In this document: positions 13,501 through 31,400 of the stretch, one piece after another
Layout of the letters: each line of letters starts with the position of its first letter
Position numbering within the stretch: the first letter of the stretch is position 1
Origin: Ophelia neglecta
Taxonomy: Eukaryota
Assembly: GCA_965285935.1 (NCBI GenBank)
Contig: OZ260664.1
Location: 40,858,001 to 40,922,000, forward strand
Reading direction: 5' to 3'
Length of the DNA: 64,000 nucleotides
Program-made: the position numbers and the translations under genes
The notes under the pieces: model-generated
What the model was told of the DNA's origin: nothing
Databases searched by the model: none
The model's input: the letters and a program-made list of their open reading frames with translations, nothing else

Positions 13501-16500
13501 ATGTAATTTGTCTATAAGTTGGCGTACGTATAGAAATGACAGCTTATTGGCCATATGATTCGAAATCAATCTATTGTCAGGCAGTTGGGCGTTTCATTCC
13601 AAGCGTTCAATCAAGGATCAGGGACAGTGTCACAAACTGAACTTCTTGAGAAAGATGGTCTGTGTGATTATTGAGTGATATTGAAGTGGTCGCACCGTAA
13701 CTAATAGAAATAAAAATTATCATCATATTTTATAGGTCTTTGACAAGAATTTTCTCTCCCATTTGAGAAAAATAAAAAAACACTGAAACAGTTTTCTTTT
13801 GCGATTCTAGAGTCTTATCCAAAAAAACATTTTTTGTCAACTTAGAGAATTTATGGCTACTAAACATGAATTCTTTTTAGAGGCTATATATCTGTAATTT
13901 ATGTTGTGAAAGTATTGTGTTGCTAAACCACTTTACACTTTTAAGGCTTTAAATAATCTGGATCACCCTGGGAATGGACCCTTCTTTTGATGAAATTTCA
14001 AAGCATCATGTGTTTTACCTCAGATACCAGAGTGGGCTCTGGGGAATGGAGTGTGTATATATATATATATGCAGATACAAAATTGAGAATGTTACATGAA
14101 CATAGCTGGCCGGTGAAGCAGTTAGGGCAGTAGTACGCTGTCACAGAGCAGTCACATTTCAAATGTCGAAACCAAAGAAAACTGCCTTTATGAGACAGGT
14201 GGTGCTGCTAAAAAGTTACTATGTAACGTTACACCATTTTGTCTCTGTATTTGGATGTTTCTTATTCGGATACTTTCCTCAACTGACGACGTTTCCACGG
14301 GTCACTGCTAGTATTCAATAATTCTGATAGTATACAACAGTGAAACATTATTACATAAATGGTTTTTAATTAAGAATGTGCTAAAGTATTCATAATAATG
14401 CTGTTTCATCTTGACACACAACTCTTATCTTATAGGCTCTCCTATACCAATATACACGTGCTATGTTTCCAGTATAAAAATAGTATACAAATTATTTTAT
14501 TTTATAAATATTTCTGAGATAGGGCCTCCAATTGCTTTGTCTGTAAGTAAAGACTGAAGGATAATTTTCTTATTGTCCTAGCAAATTTACCCCGGTATCA
14601 ACTAGATTTGCCTGGCACCAGCATGGCCTAGGTTTGATACCCGTTCACATCAACTTTTGTTGGCTAACCATCTTGTTAAGTTGGTGATTCCTAGGCCATC
14701 TTGAGTCAGGATCTAGATGTGATATACACCTGGAGTGATCTGCAATGCTCTATTGGTTGGAAAATGAGAAATAAAAATCACTGCCAAATGAAATAAAAAT
14801 TATTCCCTTTTTATTGTTATCAAATCAAGTTTGAATATGGTAATTGAATTGTGATGAAATCTGAGACTAGACTCTATTTTATTGTCAGAGTTTTGATTTG
14901 TGGACATTACTGATCTGCACATTCATTAAATTTTCAGGAATTCTAGGACAAAGAAAAATCACTGAATTGTCATGTTTTAAAATTAGATATAAGTTTACAG
15001 TGGCACATTGTTTCTTTTGGCAGTAAGTGACGCACCCAAAGAAGCGCCAAAGGAATCAAAGTATGAAAATTTCAGAGAATATTCCAAGCACTACAAAACT
15101 GATGAAGAAAAGAAAGAAGAGGTAATTATTCCTAATTTTGTGGCATATCTAAAATATTTTTAGTATTATACATACCTCAAATATTTCAAATAATCAAGGT
15201 TTTGTGATAAAATATTATAGTGTTTTATTAATCCACAAAGACTCCAGCTTGTAAAAGGGCTCAGTTACATCTTTCTGTGCTAGTAATTAGCCCACTGCCC
15301 CTCAATGAGTGGGACAGAAGACTATTAGTTTAGGGAATGTCCGTCTGTCAGTCCCTCTGGTCTGGTGAATTAAACAAATCCGTCTCGGATATGGTTATCA
15401 TATTTGACGTGCCTCTTCAGGGCGTCAACAGCCCAAATGGTATTGAATTTCAGTTAAACTGAAAAGAAGATGGCTCTCGGGATGCAATAAGGGCATTCTG
15501 TGTCCGTTTGTCTGTCCATCCATAAATTTATCCTTGCTTTCAGCATACCCCTGCTAACAATTTTGGACAATTATTAGAGAGAAGCTTTTTTGTCATGCCT
15601 GGACAGTGAATGGAATATACTTTTAATGTCATGTACAAACTAAAATAACACTTGACAAATGAGATGATGGAGCAGTGTTTTATAGTGATATTTCATGTTG
15701 CCAGCTTCTGAGTGCGATGAATGCCAAGCTGGAGCTGACAGACCAGCCCCTCCCTCAGGACCTAACAGAAGGTGTGGATGATGATGAATGGGTGGGTGTC
15801 TAACTCATACATAATAAACACATATTCTAACTTGATCATCATTTTGTAGGCATTTTAATAGTTCAAAAATATAATAGTATATCACATGATAAACAAGGCA
15901 TTTAGTAATGTATGACCCTCATTGGTAGATCCAGCAAGAATCGTAGGGGGGTCACCTCCATGCAAATTCCTAGTTTTCTGTTTACATTAACAGCAGATCC
16001 CATGACATTATATACATGACTGTACGTCTTTCGTCGGTAAAGATAACAGGTCATCTCGGAAATGATCTATATCCTGAGGCTTTTGACAGGAAGGAGACAC
16101 TTAGCCCTTCAGATTCTATCCCTAGGTTCAAATTTAAACAACAATATATTTTGATTTACTTTGCCATGGATGTAGTAAATATATAAATATTAATAGAAAT
16201 CTTATAATTTTTTAACTGTGATATTCAGCCAGTCAGGCAAATAGAAACTGAATTAGATAAAATAGTGTGTGTGGTGCACAAGAAAAATGGTCTGTATATT
16301 TCAAGATTTTACACAACATTTTCCCTTTATGAACTTAGCACCCATACTATTTTTTTTTAATGTAGGTAAAGCCATGCATTGCTTACTGCCTTGTCCATTA
16401 ATTCATGTGTTAGTACCACCTGACCATTACTGTTTTCACCAATTATCATTTATGCTGCTTTAACTGATATAATGAAGTCTCCTGAGCTATTTTCACATGG

Positions 16501-16535
16501 TAATATGTCTACTTCATTTCTAGGATGACTACTGA
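1521..16535 (+). CDS. CORO7: Coronin-7 (tandem coronin/POD-1), 5'-partial, 22 coding exons in window
   Basis: Exons, all GT-AG and phase-consistent: 1521-1591, 1753-1936, 2222-2346, 2728-2811, 3128-3210, 4079-4133, 4382-4439, 4556-4698, 5658-5753, 7371-7526, 7663-7786, 9187-9365, 9562-9670, 9958-10044, 10271-10413, 10697-10887, 10983-11124, 11257-11463, 12579-12714, 15024-15121, 15705-15791, 16524-16535 (DDY*). Two coronin WD40 units: VTDFCFSPFDDYLL, CKDKKLRILDPR, ILIPLYDPDT, FHEDLFPDT; then SKFRHLEG, FDPFDDHR, CKDGKLRVYDPR, LIPYYDEDS, VPRVKMEFFQDDLFPDT. Ends in the acidic tail PLPQDLTEGVDDDEWDDY typical of coronin-7. The first exons are not found and lie upstream of the window. Confidence 0.96.
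5361..5576. mobile_element. Decayed MITE with TA-flanked CTGT...ACAG termini (Tc1/mariner-type), in a CORO7 intron
   Basis: Left end TACTGTAAACTAATAAATTGTGGTG resembles the reverse complement of the right end (TACTGTCTACCAGAATAATATGGTG); non-coding interior. Confidence 0.5.
7832..9005. mobile_element. Possible decayed DNA-transposon remnant in a CORO7 intron
   Basis: Imperfect inverted ends: AGTCCACAGTTCCGTC near 7853 versus GACGGACTGCGGTCCT near 8971. Short protein-like ORF at 7932-8159 inside. Superfamily not determined. Confidence 0.3.
9631..9760 (+). repeat. 70-bp tandem duplication spanning a CORO7 exon/intron junction
   Basis: TTTAAATTTGATCCCTTTGATGACCATCGAATAGTTACAG|GTGAAAAACA at 9631 is repeated as TTTAATTTTGATCCCTTTTATGACCACTGAATAGTTACAG|GTGAAAAGCA at 9701. 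Confidence 0.9.
13015..13451. repeat. Degenerate tandem repeat (about 2.5 copies, period about 180-220 bp) with poly-G tracts
   Basis: GCTGA(T/C)..ACT.AT...CCTGTTTTGTT occurs three times; GGCAGCCAAGGGG...TTATCTAA.GGGGGAAGGAGn..ACATAGCACTCTCA occurs twice. Confidence 0.75.
15287..15530. mobile_element. Helentron-associated (HINE/DINE-like) non-autonomous element remnant
   Basis: TTAGCCCACT...AGTGGG short hairpin followed by TGTCCGTCTGTC microsatellite seeds (about 15337 and 15500), the layout typical of such elements. Degenerate. Confidence 0.35.
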
Positions 16536-17189
16536 TTATTGCTATGTAGAAGGCACCAAAGCCTCATACTGAGAAGACTCTGAGGATAAAGGACTGAGAA
16601 ACTTACAGTATACTTGTGCTAACCATTAATTTAATAACTCCTGAGTAAGGTGTTAAAAAGTAAAAGAAATTCTTTTAAGCAGTTGTAAGGTTAACTAAAA
16701 ATGGCCACAGACAATTTATTATAGAATCTAATCTATGAAATGATAGGCAGTGGATTTTAATCTAAAAAAAACCAATAATACTGTTTTAAAGTATTTTAAA
16801 TGAAGTTTGCATAAAATGTATTTACAAGTATATCTAGGTATATATATGTTATGTATATATAAAACCAAACAAGAAGAAACTTTTGCATGCATAATTTGGA
16901 GTTTGTAGCATTTTGTACTTAATATGGGATTCTTTCTTGTTTTGTTCAAAGAAATTGTTTTCTAATTTGTCTTAAAAAAACCTGGAGGCTTATAGCATGT
17001 GTTAGATGTAAATAATTTTTATAATGATTATAAATTACATTATAAGTTTGCACATCATTTAAGGCTAATGCCAATATTTGAGCAAAAAAAATTGGGGGGG
17101 GGGGGGGATTCAGTGCCAACACCAAAATTTGCAGCTTTTTTGTTTCTCCCACCATATCAGACAATTTCTTTGGGGGGGGGGGGATACAA

Positions 17190-17480
17190 GCAGGAACAGA
17201 AAACCCATGGCCAGTTAATTTGTATAGAGTGGGGCCAGAAAACCATTGCCACATTGTCCTGTTTACTAGGGGACCATAAACCCATGTCCCATAAATCTTA
17301 AATCTGTGACATATACCCGTATGTATGATATACATGTATGATGTATACATATATGACAATACCCGGGAACCAGAAAACCCATGGCACACTGTTCTGTATA
17401 GAGGGGGACCAGAAAACCTATGGCACATTATTCTGTATAAAGGGGGGGAACAGAAAACCCAGGTCACATTTTTCTGTACA
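17190..17480. repeat. About 39-41 bp minisatellite downstream of the CORO7 stop codon (probable 3' UTR)
   Basis: Unit approximately CAGAAAACCCATGGCACA.T.TTCTGTATAGAGGGGGAC at 17196, 17236, 17275, 17371, 17410 and 17451. Confidence 0.8.
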
Positions 17481-17546
17481 CAATGAGTCCATAAACCCTT
17501 GGCAAATTGACCGGTGTACCAGCAAAATATTCATGCATTTACTTTA

Positions 17547-17552
17547 AATAAA
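17547..17552 (+). terminator. Candidate polyadenylation signal for CORO7
   Basis: AATAAA about 1 kb after the stop codon, followed by T-rich sequence. Usage is unverified. Confidence 0.35.
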
Positions 17553-18709
17553 GATGATACATTAAAGAAACTAATTACTACAATATAAATTTTTTTTTAA
17601 CAAGTGTAAAAAGTAAATTTCTTTTTATTATGTTCAAAAAAGCCATAACTAAACAAATATCAAATTTTTATATAATTAAAACAGCTACAAGACAGCTGAA
17701 AAAAAGATAAAGTCTACAATTTGGGGAAAAAAATAACCTAGGTAGTTTATCTAAGAAACAGTTATTTGGCTGGATATTGGAAAAGAAACCCTGGCTCTAA
17801 AAAAGGGCTCAAATTAAAGAAAATTCAGGCTCTGCAGCCCCCCCCCCCCCTCTGTTGCAGATATTAATTTCTGCTCCTCCCAGACACACCCTTGTTCCAG
17901 GTATTTATTTGTCACTGGTTTACACCAGGCAAGAATACACTACGTTATAAAGATTTTATAGCTTAACATGGAATTGATTCTGTGTTTCGATGTACATACT
18001 TGTAAAGAACCTGCTACGGCTGGTATTGTGTCTCAGACTAGTTTACAGGACTGGTATTCGGCAGACTACTTAACTCTCCTTTGGACAGTATGCTAATCGG
18101 TCAATTTATTATTTTGTTCATGTGGGTTATTTTGAGAATTAAATTTGGTGGGATTAAAACACCTACAATTAAAGAACCAGAGGCAGCAAAAATATTGTGA
18201 GGTAAAAATCGGTGTGAAAATAGTACATATCAATATGTAAATACACACAAGAATGATAACAACAAATGTATGGAGTCTTACAATTTATTTTCAACCAATG
18301 CAACATCTAGTATATGGCATTTCTATGGACATAAAACCTTAGTTATAAATAAATAAACTTCCTAAATGTATAATAAAGAATACCTTAGCATCTTTTTAGT
18401 TCCATGTCTTAACAGAAACAGCACAGTAATTAATTAAGCTAGTTATTTATTTTTAAAAATCTGGATACCACTTAACAAAGTTTGCAGAACTTAAAATGAA
18501 ATTGTGAGAAATTGTTACACAGCAACTACACCAGAAATAAAGTTCCATGATCATGGGTTTGTTAATCTTGCAGATTTATGTTTAGGAGTCATCAGTGTTT
18601 AATGATGATTTGCGAAAATCAGGATAGGGAATATGTTACAATATGTAGGAGATGATATTACTCCTGTGATACATTACAGACACACATACAGATATCAAAT
18701 AATTATTAT

Positions 18710-22304
<3,595 letters not shown>

Positions 22305-22400
22305 TTCTGATGTTGTGGCCGGAAAGCAGGCCGGAAAAGGAAGTGCGATGACGCCGGAAGAGAGATCCGCAAGCTTTCCCTACGGTGGCCCGGTGGTTAT
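22305..22400 (-). promoter_or_regulatory. UFM1 proximal promoter/5' UTR, CpG-rich with clustered ETS-type motifs
   Basis: CCGGAA at 22319 and 22331, GGAAGT at 22339, TGACG at 22349 and CCGGAAG at 22354, immediately upstream of the split start codon; no TATA box seen. Confidence 0.6.
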
Positions 22401-24730
22401 GAAAGTCTATCGAGTTGTCATTTTTTAGGGTGTCTCAACGGATGTTCGTCTAGAATAGTTACAAACTTATCATTTTTAGACACCCGCAGCTCTCTCCAGT
22501 CTCCATATTCCTTATATCCCCTAGATATAGGTCTAGGTTTCTAATGATATATATAATCATCCATAGGCTGTAGCGTACAGCCTATTTGATTTAGGGGAGC
22601 ATGGGGCAATAAGCCCATCCTCCGCTTTTGACGCTTATTGAAACTTATAAGCAGTTTTAATTTGATTTTTAGTTGCATTTATTATGGCCTAATTCGAACT
22701 AATTTTAGTTGCCTGCATAAGCCTTATTCAAACTAATTTACAAAACATTTTCTTGTGTTTTGACCAGGAAATAAGATAATTGAGAGTTTCTTTTTTTCCA
22801 GGAATATCTTGCTGTTCAGATATTAACCATGATATTAAAGAAAAGCACGTCATTTTTCCACACACCCTCATAGGTCAGCAATAAACTCAGAATCGTAAAA
22901 TACAAAGAAAACTGCCAGGAATGTAAGGGCTTTTCCAGAAATTGTCCTCGTGGTGGTGGTGGTGGTGGTGGGGGGGGGGATTCTATTTCGAAGTCAACCC
23001 CTAGCTAAATATAACACCTTCCCCAACCCACGAAGGCACATTACTAATTAGCACCCCCGTCCCCGGACACAGGCTATTTAATATTTAATAGATTTCAACA
23101 CCTTTCTTACAGATATTTTTCAAAAAAATCTCCAAAATTTACTTGTTTTAACATGAGTAGGCCTAGTGGTTGCTAGAAGCATTTCTGTTTTAAGTTGTCT
23201 AAAGGCCTTATCACATATCACGTCACCATTAGAATGGAAAAGAAAACCTACAAGTATGCAATATGTTTCAGTTATTTCGGCCTGAATTAGTGGAAATGGC
23301 AGTAGATTTCAGGGTACGTGTAGCTCCTTGATATTGAGCTTCCGTGAATTAAGGTCGCAGTCTTTTACCTCAGCAGCTTGTATATGTGCCAAGTGTAAAA
23401 CGAAGAATTAAAGTCCTGGATTGAAATCCATTCAACATTTATTCTCGATATTCTTAAATAATTACGCAGTGGACCGCCCGCTTCTGTTAGCAGTAGACTG
23501 AAAAAAGGACGCTAGGAATGTTCCACTGTTCACTTGCAACAAAAATGTCCAGAAACTTTATTGAACGTCCCACACAGTAATCAGTTAGTCTAATGCACTT
23601 ACATGTAGAAGATCGGGACCTAAATATATGACAACGAAATGTTTCACTTCGCAGTTCTATAGTTAGAGATATTGCCGCCTTCGCGGGACAAGACTTTACA
23701 TAACGGACCGCAAACAGACGTACATGTATCTCGTCGTACAATAGGCAACGCTCAGTACTTTATAGGTCGTCAAAATATATCTATACTCTATCAGGCTTAG
23801 TACCATACATGCAATAGTTTGTCAAGATAGGTCCCCTAAAGAAGATTGCAATTTGCCTTTGAATCTCGGTATTGTACCTTATTATGTCATTGTTGGTAGA
23901 TAGGCGGTGAAATATATTCTTTGTCACCGCTTAGGTACTCCTACTAAAGACCAGGAGATTTTCTCAACTTCTGGATATATGGAATAACATAATGTTTCCA
24001 TATACATGTATAACGTTAGTTGTTCATTATGATTTCCATGTGGTCGTTCATTATTCATGAACAGTTGTCCATCGATCTTGGACGGATTAAAAACTTGAAA
24101 AGTTGATATAGTGCCTTATACATATTCCAATAGTGCTCAGTTTGCCTATATATACTTTTTAGGTTTTTTTTTTACATATGAAAATCTCATTTATAGATAC
24201 TGACACCTTTATATGTTGATTAAATCATATTTTGTCTATGGTTTGGTGTAAAATATGTTGGAATTTGATTACTGTCGATCAGCGAAAAAATAGTATTTCG
24301 AACCCTGTGTCAACTTTTCCGTGGAATATTGTGAACGGTCTCGCGCGACCTAGGCGCCGCGAGATCACTTTCTGCTGGGTAGGTGTATCTATAGCCTACA
24401 TCGTGTCTGCTCTTTTATTAGAAAAAAGTCCGACTAAGTCATGACTTGGCGCTAGATGAGGCTCGGTATGGGCTGGCTTTATGAATTTTTTCATTGAAAT
24501 GTTAAAGCGCAATATTCAATTCCAACAAAATGGATCTTTCATAAAACTGCAGACTTATATTGTTATGCGAAAAAAAGCTCCGGCCTACTGTTTTATCTTT
24601 TTCCGACAATATTTATTTTGTGGATATCAATAAAACTAATTAAAGGTCACACATTTATTTGTGATATGTACTTATTAAACCCCCGTATCCTGGACAGCAT
24701 ACAAAATAATTTTTGGCGATTTAAACAATG

Positions 24731-27700
24731 TCAAGGTGAAATGCATTTCATTGTTCCAAGTACGATTCTCGCCGTGCCGGCAGACGACATGGCACACTTT
24801 AACTGGACCAATTTATTATTAATGCGATAAGAGAAGACGATGGTTTCCCCCGGCGCGCCTGAAAAGTAGACTTGGATGTCCCCAGAAGAGACTGTTAGCT
24901 TCGTAACTCTATTGGGAGAAACAGGCACCCACTTGGCCAGTTCTCCCAGAATCACAAACTGGCGGCTCCTGAAAGATGAATGTTAAATCATGACCTTTGC
25001 TATTTCTAATTCTAAATTTACCCGCACAGTTTTTATGTTCAACTTAGCATAGTGTTACAGTACGTAAAGCCATATTTACAAATTAGACCATACACAAATG
25101 TTTTAAATGAAACACGTCTCACCCTGCCGTCATCACAGGAGTTGTGTAGTATACGCACAAATTGTCACCAGCCATAGGACAATTGAAAAGCATAAGCTGA
25201 CGGCTATCTGAAAACCCCAAAAATGCTGCCGGATTGTTTCTGGCAAAAACCACGCTATTCTGAAACTGCAATTAGTATAAAACATTCTTAAAACCAAAAT
25301 GACATATGTACAGTCTTGCTAGACGTTATTACTACTTTGCCCGATTGTACAAAGTGCAGTCCTGTTACAGAGTATAAAATCAAACATTAAAGAATCTATT
25401 CCATCGCAAAATATAACACTTGATTCAAGAATGGTAGACAAACTACATGCAATCTGCGCTGTCTGTATGGCGCCGCTGCTCTGGCGAGTACGGGGAGCAG
25501 CGTGCGGCGCGAGTTAAGCCAAATGTCTTATGATACTCTCTTGCTGCGCAGGGCAGCGTGGACTGCACGGAGACAGGCACCTTCACAGCCTTCGTCCGCC
25601 TCTCCGAGCAGTGCGCGCTTACTGCTTCGGCTTGGCGCATTCGCGGGTTTTATATGCCAAGCCTATCACTGAATTAGGCCTACTTGATAATTAATAACTT
25701 AATAATCATCGTTTTCTTAAAATCGCCAAGAAAATAGCAAGAGTTTAGTCGTATATTCCCCGCGAGTTCGTAAAATCAACACAGTTTATGCGCATTGCTA
25801 TAGAGAAACCCCGCGAAGGCTCAGTGGGCGTACCGTGGGCAGCACAGCGCAGAATACAGGTTGTAGAACTACATACTGTACCTTAGGACCAAATCCTGCT
25901 GCAGTAGGACCGAGGTGATAAATCGAGCGATTTTCTAACACTGCCATTATTATACCAAACCTCCAGCCATTTATATCTGAGTAGGTACTCCATACTTCAC
26001 CGCCGAAACTTTCAAACGCTGCCTGAAATCATTTAAAGGTATAAAACATTGAGCAAACTAGACTTTAATATGACAAGTCGACCAGGTACCCTACATTACG
26101 TAAGATGTCTATAAAGAAATAACACATGACTAGAGCTACCAATGTCATACATGTACAATTAGGCCCGTTGTAAAGGTCTCTAGACTAAAACACCTTATAA
26201 ATATCACAGATCAGTATCAACATTATCATTTATCTAGAATGATCAATAAATGTGTAGGCAAACAACATTTTTTGATCGCCATGATTGTAGCCGGATAGTT
26301 TTTTAACCCATTATTTCAACAGCAGAAAAAATAAAACCTTGACAAATGTTTTGATTTAAGTATCACGTGCCTCCCCCTTGGAAGATCAAGATATTGAGAC
26401 ATCAAATTTGACCAGCCCTTGATGACTGTACATTTGCATAAATTCAAAATGGCTGGCAGTAAATCAAATTGCATTTCCCAGCTAGCATATATGAAAAAAA
26501 CGCTTCAGATTGCACCCAAACAACAGGAAAGAGTGCTACACAAGTGGCAATTGTATTATTAATTTATTTTTATAATTATAATTATAATTATAATAATAAT
26601 AATTATTATTATTATAAAATACAGAACACCTACTTTGTAAACATTATCATTGACCACAGTTGCCGGTTTGGAAGGCTTTAAGATCAAACCATCGGCATTG
26701 CACGACCTTAAATAGAAAGTAGAGATATCTTTAGAGGTTCCTTTAACTTTTATTTTGTTTTCAGTGTGCTAACTGAAGTTTTGTTTTGCCAACATTGACT
26801 GCTTTGATTGTTCGGTTTGTTTTTACCTCATGATGAGTTCCACATTGGAAGCCCCTACCATATCACTGGGCCCCACCGGCCCAGTACTCAGGGTGGACAC
26901 CAGCGAGTTAAGCTCAGGGTACGGCTCGGTGGGCTTGTCTGTTATCACACGGAATTAAATGGTGAAAGGAAAAGAAAATTATATAGTGAAACAGGTAAAC
27001 GGTGTCGATGCACGCATACCACAGACAGTACATTCAACCGACTTCTTTAGGTCTACAGTTTGTTGATTAAACAAGTCACATGTCATCTTCAATGTTCTAC
27101 GCTAGTAATAATAGGCCTATAAAGAAAGTGACAAACTAGCCAAGTTGACAAAGTGAGTCGATTTACACAGGGACAAATTTAAAGGGTCTTAAATTAAGAC
27201 TTTATAGTGTTGAGTTGAAATTTTATATCTTCTCAAAAAGGGTTCTATATGGTCACCATGATAAGGATTTCCCGGTTGGACAGATGTTGTCCAGTAGTTG
27301 TCTTTGAATGGTGCCACGCCGAGGGCATCGGCCAGCATGGATGATAAGCCGATCTTCCACTGCATTTGACCTGGGTGGTAATCTTCACTCACGCGAGCCT
27401 GGAATTAGAAACAACATAGACAGGTCAAACTCGCGGTAGTGTAGACCTTTTCACGACTGATTATATATGCGCATGAAAGTTTTTTCCTCCAAGATGCTTT
27501 TGCGCATGCCCAAACAAGTTCCTTTTTAGAATTTATAGTGCTTTTACACATTTAGGTTTATAGTATAATATGCCTGGTAGTTGATATAAAGTTTACTACA
27601 TGTATATAATTGACACGACTTGTTATTTCATTGTTGATACTTGTCCCTGCCCTCGAGCCAAGGGTTACCTGCGAGACAGCCGGGATCTCGAGGGTCTCCA

Positions 27701-28377
27701 GGGCGTGTCTAGAAGGAGCCATGCAGTACTGGATGTTGATCCCACTCTTCTGGGCCGCGCTCCCCATCTGTCTCAACCACTGGCGTCCGATTGTTAAATT
27801 ACTTACTGTAACATTCATCTCGTCAAACTCAACATTCAACCAGTCCTGAAGGAGATGTAAATATGATATAAAAAGTCACCAATAGAATGAGTATAAGATG
27901 TAATTACTCTTTGAATGGGGCTGACAAATTGAACAATAATTATTTCAGGATTTTTCAGTAGCCGACGTTATATCGAACGCGGCCATTCTGTTTTTAGATG
28001 ATGTGTCAATAGTTGTGAATGCACTTAACAGGTATACTCAGCGCCTTAACATGTATTCATGAAATGAAATCAGTGGTCGTTCACCTGTTCATATGTTATC
28101 AAGCCCCATTTTTTTGACGACTCCATCAGAAAATCCCAGAAGCTCTGTAAAATATCCATTAAGTGTACACTAGAAAGTGTTTTGACTTCATCATATGACC
28201 GTGCCCCACCCGGGGCATCATCCGAATGAAACGACAGGGTGAAAGGGCTCATAGTTTGCACATTTAAAAGCTCGAGGTATGCGACAAGCGGTTTTAAGAA
28301 GGTACACAATGAAATATTTGTCGACTTTAAAATTGTAAGATGCGATAGGTCATCTTAAAAAGTCTCGATAAATTAAT

Positions 28378-28440
<63 letters not shown>

Positions 28441-31400
28441 GACAAATTACTTGGTCGACAGGTATTGCTTTTTCATTTTTCTCCTCGATGATAAAATCGT
28501 ACATTCCGCCATTTTGTTTGGCGTAGACTGTTTTGTGAGACCTGAAAATGACCAGGAAAAACCTCTACAGCGTGAAGATAACATCTCAAAACGTGGCATC
28601 CTTAATTTTACGGAATTAGTTGATTAACTGATTCAGGATAAAACAAATTACAAAATATAGTGTTAAGTTGGTGCTTACCACCATCGGTTATGAGCCACCA
28701 CAGGCCATCCTGTCTTGTTGTAAAGATACCTGACAAGAACAATTCATTGACATCCTATTGAATTGAGCGCAGCAGACATTAATTGGTGTCCGATTTAAAG
28801 TTTGGATTGAGCTTCTGTCACATTTCATTAAGGAATCCACAATTCCATTACAAGTGTTTATTCTCTAAGAGATATGAGTCGAACAGGTTTCAACCTTAAC
28901 AAATTCGACAGGAATTCATAGAATATCAAAACCACCTCGATCCAAAACACGATGAATCAACCAGATATACGGATGTATATACCTGATATATTTAAATCAT
29001 ATTAACAAAAGCATGTACTCACGCCATTCCATGAGGGAATACATCTGGTCTTGACACCCATTCTGATATACCGCCATTGGGGCCCTTGTAATACCACCAG
29101 GAGTCGTACTGGACATATCTGTTAGGTTTATTCAAACATCTATTAAAGGATGACTCAATGGCGATGCCAAATTTTTCCTAATTAAGCATTATTATTTATT
29201 AAACTACATGTCTGTGCCCCGAAAGGTTTAACAGATTTTTCGCCCATCAGCAGAGATAATTATATTGGCATTATTTATTGCCACCTCATTTCAAATAATA
29301 AAGAAACATACTATTACTAAAATGTTCAGTTAGATGCCTGAATAATGTGGACAACTTTGAGAAGAGTTTTCCTTTAAAATATATTGTGGTCCATATGATC
29401 ATACATTAAATATTGAAAATTCACTTTTACTACCTGTATGGTATTTTCATGTTTTCGGCGTATTCCTTGACGTCAATCATAGTGTCTTCGTACGTTTTAC
29501 CCTTCTCGGTGAGATAGTAGTAATAGGCGCCTAGTAAATACATGTTCACACAACGATTTATTTCAAGTAACGTTCAGGAGACATATTCACGGTGGCTTAG
29601 GGGGATCCTCTCAAAAGACCCAATGCTTTTTTAAAATTTATAAATGTACATCTATACAAATTGAAATGTGTTCGTTGACTTGGCTGGGACTCGAACTCAC
29701 AATCCTTCCCCAACTTCAATTGCTTTCTACTGCGCTACCAATGTCGAAACAAGTTTTTTTCTAGTTTGTCTGGGAATAATATAGTAGGCCCATATGTAGG
29801 TCTCTGTCTATGTGTTCTGTGAAATTGTCTATTCTTACCGTTATCTGTCCAGTAACCGATGTAGTTGTTGGAAAGGTCACTTGCTCGGGAAGAAGTGTTT
29901 CTATTATAATACTTCCTCATCATGACTCCCCAATCACGCATGCCCTGTAATAAAATACACCAAATTAGCAACAGATATACAGATAACTTTTTCGCTATTA
30001 TTCACGAGACATCCAACCTTATTGATCGAAGTTCTCTTACCTGGTTAAATCCACTGGAAGAGTAGAAAAGCGCAGTGCAGACGCTGAAGTTTTTCGGGAC
30101 GGAAGCGGCCTTTCCCAGCAAACCCCAGCTGGCAGACGTCTGACCTTGCTCACTTCCGTAATGGACAGACATGGCCATGAACTCTCTGAACGGCGACACA
30201 ACCATCGTGCCACCCTTACCGTCAAATAACACCAGGGGACCGCTGTCCAAACCAGACTGCATTCCACCACCCATTGTCGAGTTTGTCCACCTGCCGAATA
30301 TTTCGGCAAATAAGCAGGAAGCACGTGAAGTGAAATATACCCCCCCCCCAACACACACACACATCTTGGCCCCCCATATTTACTGTATTCTTTTTTGCTC
30401 TAAACGATAATTTGGGGGTTTCTGAACCAGATCATGCGCCAGGTACGCACGACCCCCCCCCCCCCCCACCCCCCTACCGGATTAACCGGTGACTACAAAA
30501 CGTGACAGTAGCGTTATAATCCAAATTACTTCAAAAAGCCTTCAGCACGACGAACGAATGATTATGTAGGAGAATGTTTAACATGAGTAGATATTCATAT
30601 TTATTTTAAGTATGCAAGGGGGGGGGGGGTTGGGTTCGCTGTGGATCTAGTACTTAAGGCCTACTTACGTTCCTAGTTTCTTTTTTGTGTCGCCAAACAT
30701 GATTCCGCCGAAGGAGACGTAACCAAGTTTAACCGAGGCCCCGTCACCAACTTTGAACCGAGGAAATCCGGTAGACACAGAATTGGCGTCTCCTGTACTG
30801 CTGCCTTCCACTCCGTCCAGAAAATTCTGCCAAAAGATAGAAAAGAAACGTACGAGTTCTGGGGTCCAAAAAGTAAACGCGGAGCAGCAAATACATATAA
30901 TATATAGGCACTAGGCCTATATAGGGTCATATGATGATAGCCGCAGCCTTGCCCGAATGATCTCCGTCTTTGCCATTGTCCCTTCGGGAAGCATTGACTG
31001 AAGTATATATAGTACTCCATCGGCTCGATGTCCCAATCCAAAGCTAAATCTATACTTATAGCCTTCTGGACGGAGAAATGTATACAAACAAAGGTTTGTA
31101 GTAAAAGAAAGGCGGTTATTGCAAGTATATTCTAAAATACAATGAACGTTTAAGAGTATAGGTCTATATACACAGCAGGCCTAAGGCTTGCTAAATGCAG
31201 TTTATCAATACTTGGGCTATTTATATTAGTAGCCTAGGCCTATTGATGTTTCAATTGGCGTCTACATCAGATAGGCCTATGCGAGTCTGGTAATAAAAGG
31301 GTGTTATGGAAGGAATTTAAAAAAGCCCTTTAGGATTATAAGATCAATATATAGAAAGAATAGTTATGGGTTATTATAACCTTTACGATTCATACGCTAA

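Noticed and set aside
16946-17467. 173-aa ORF on the - strand
   Set aside because: Arises from the 40-bp minisatellite and poly-G runs; no protein-like features.
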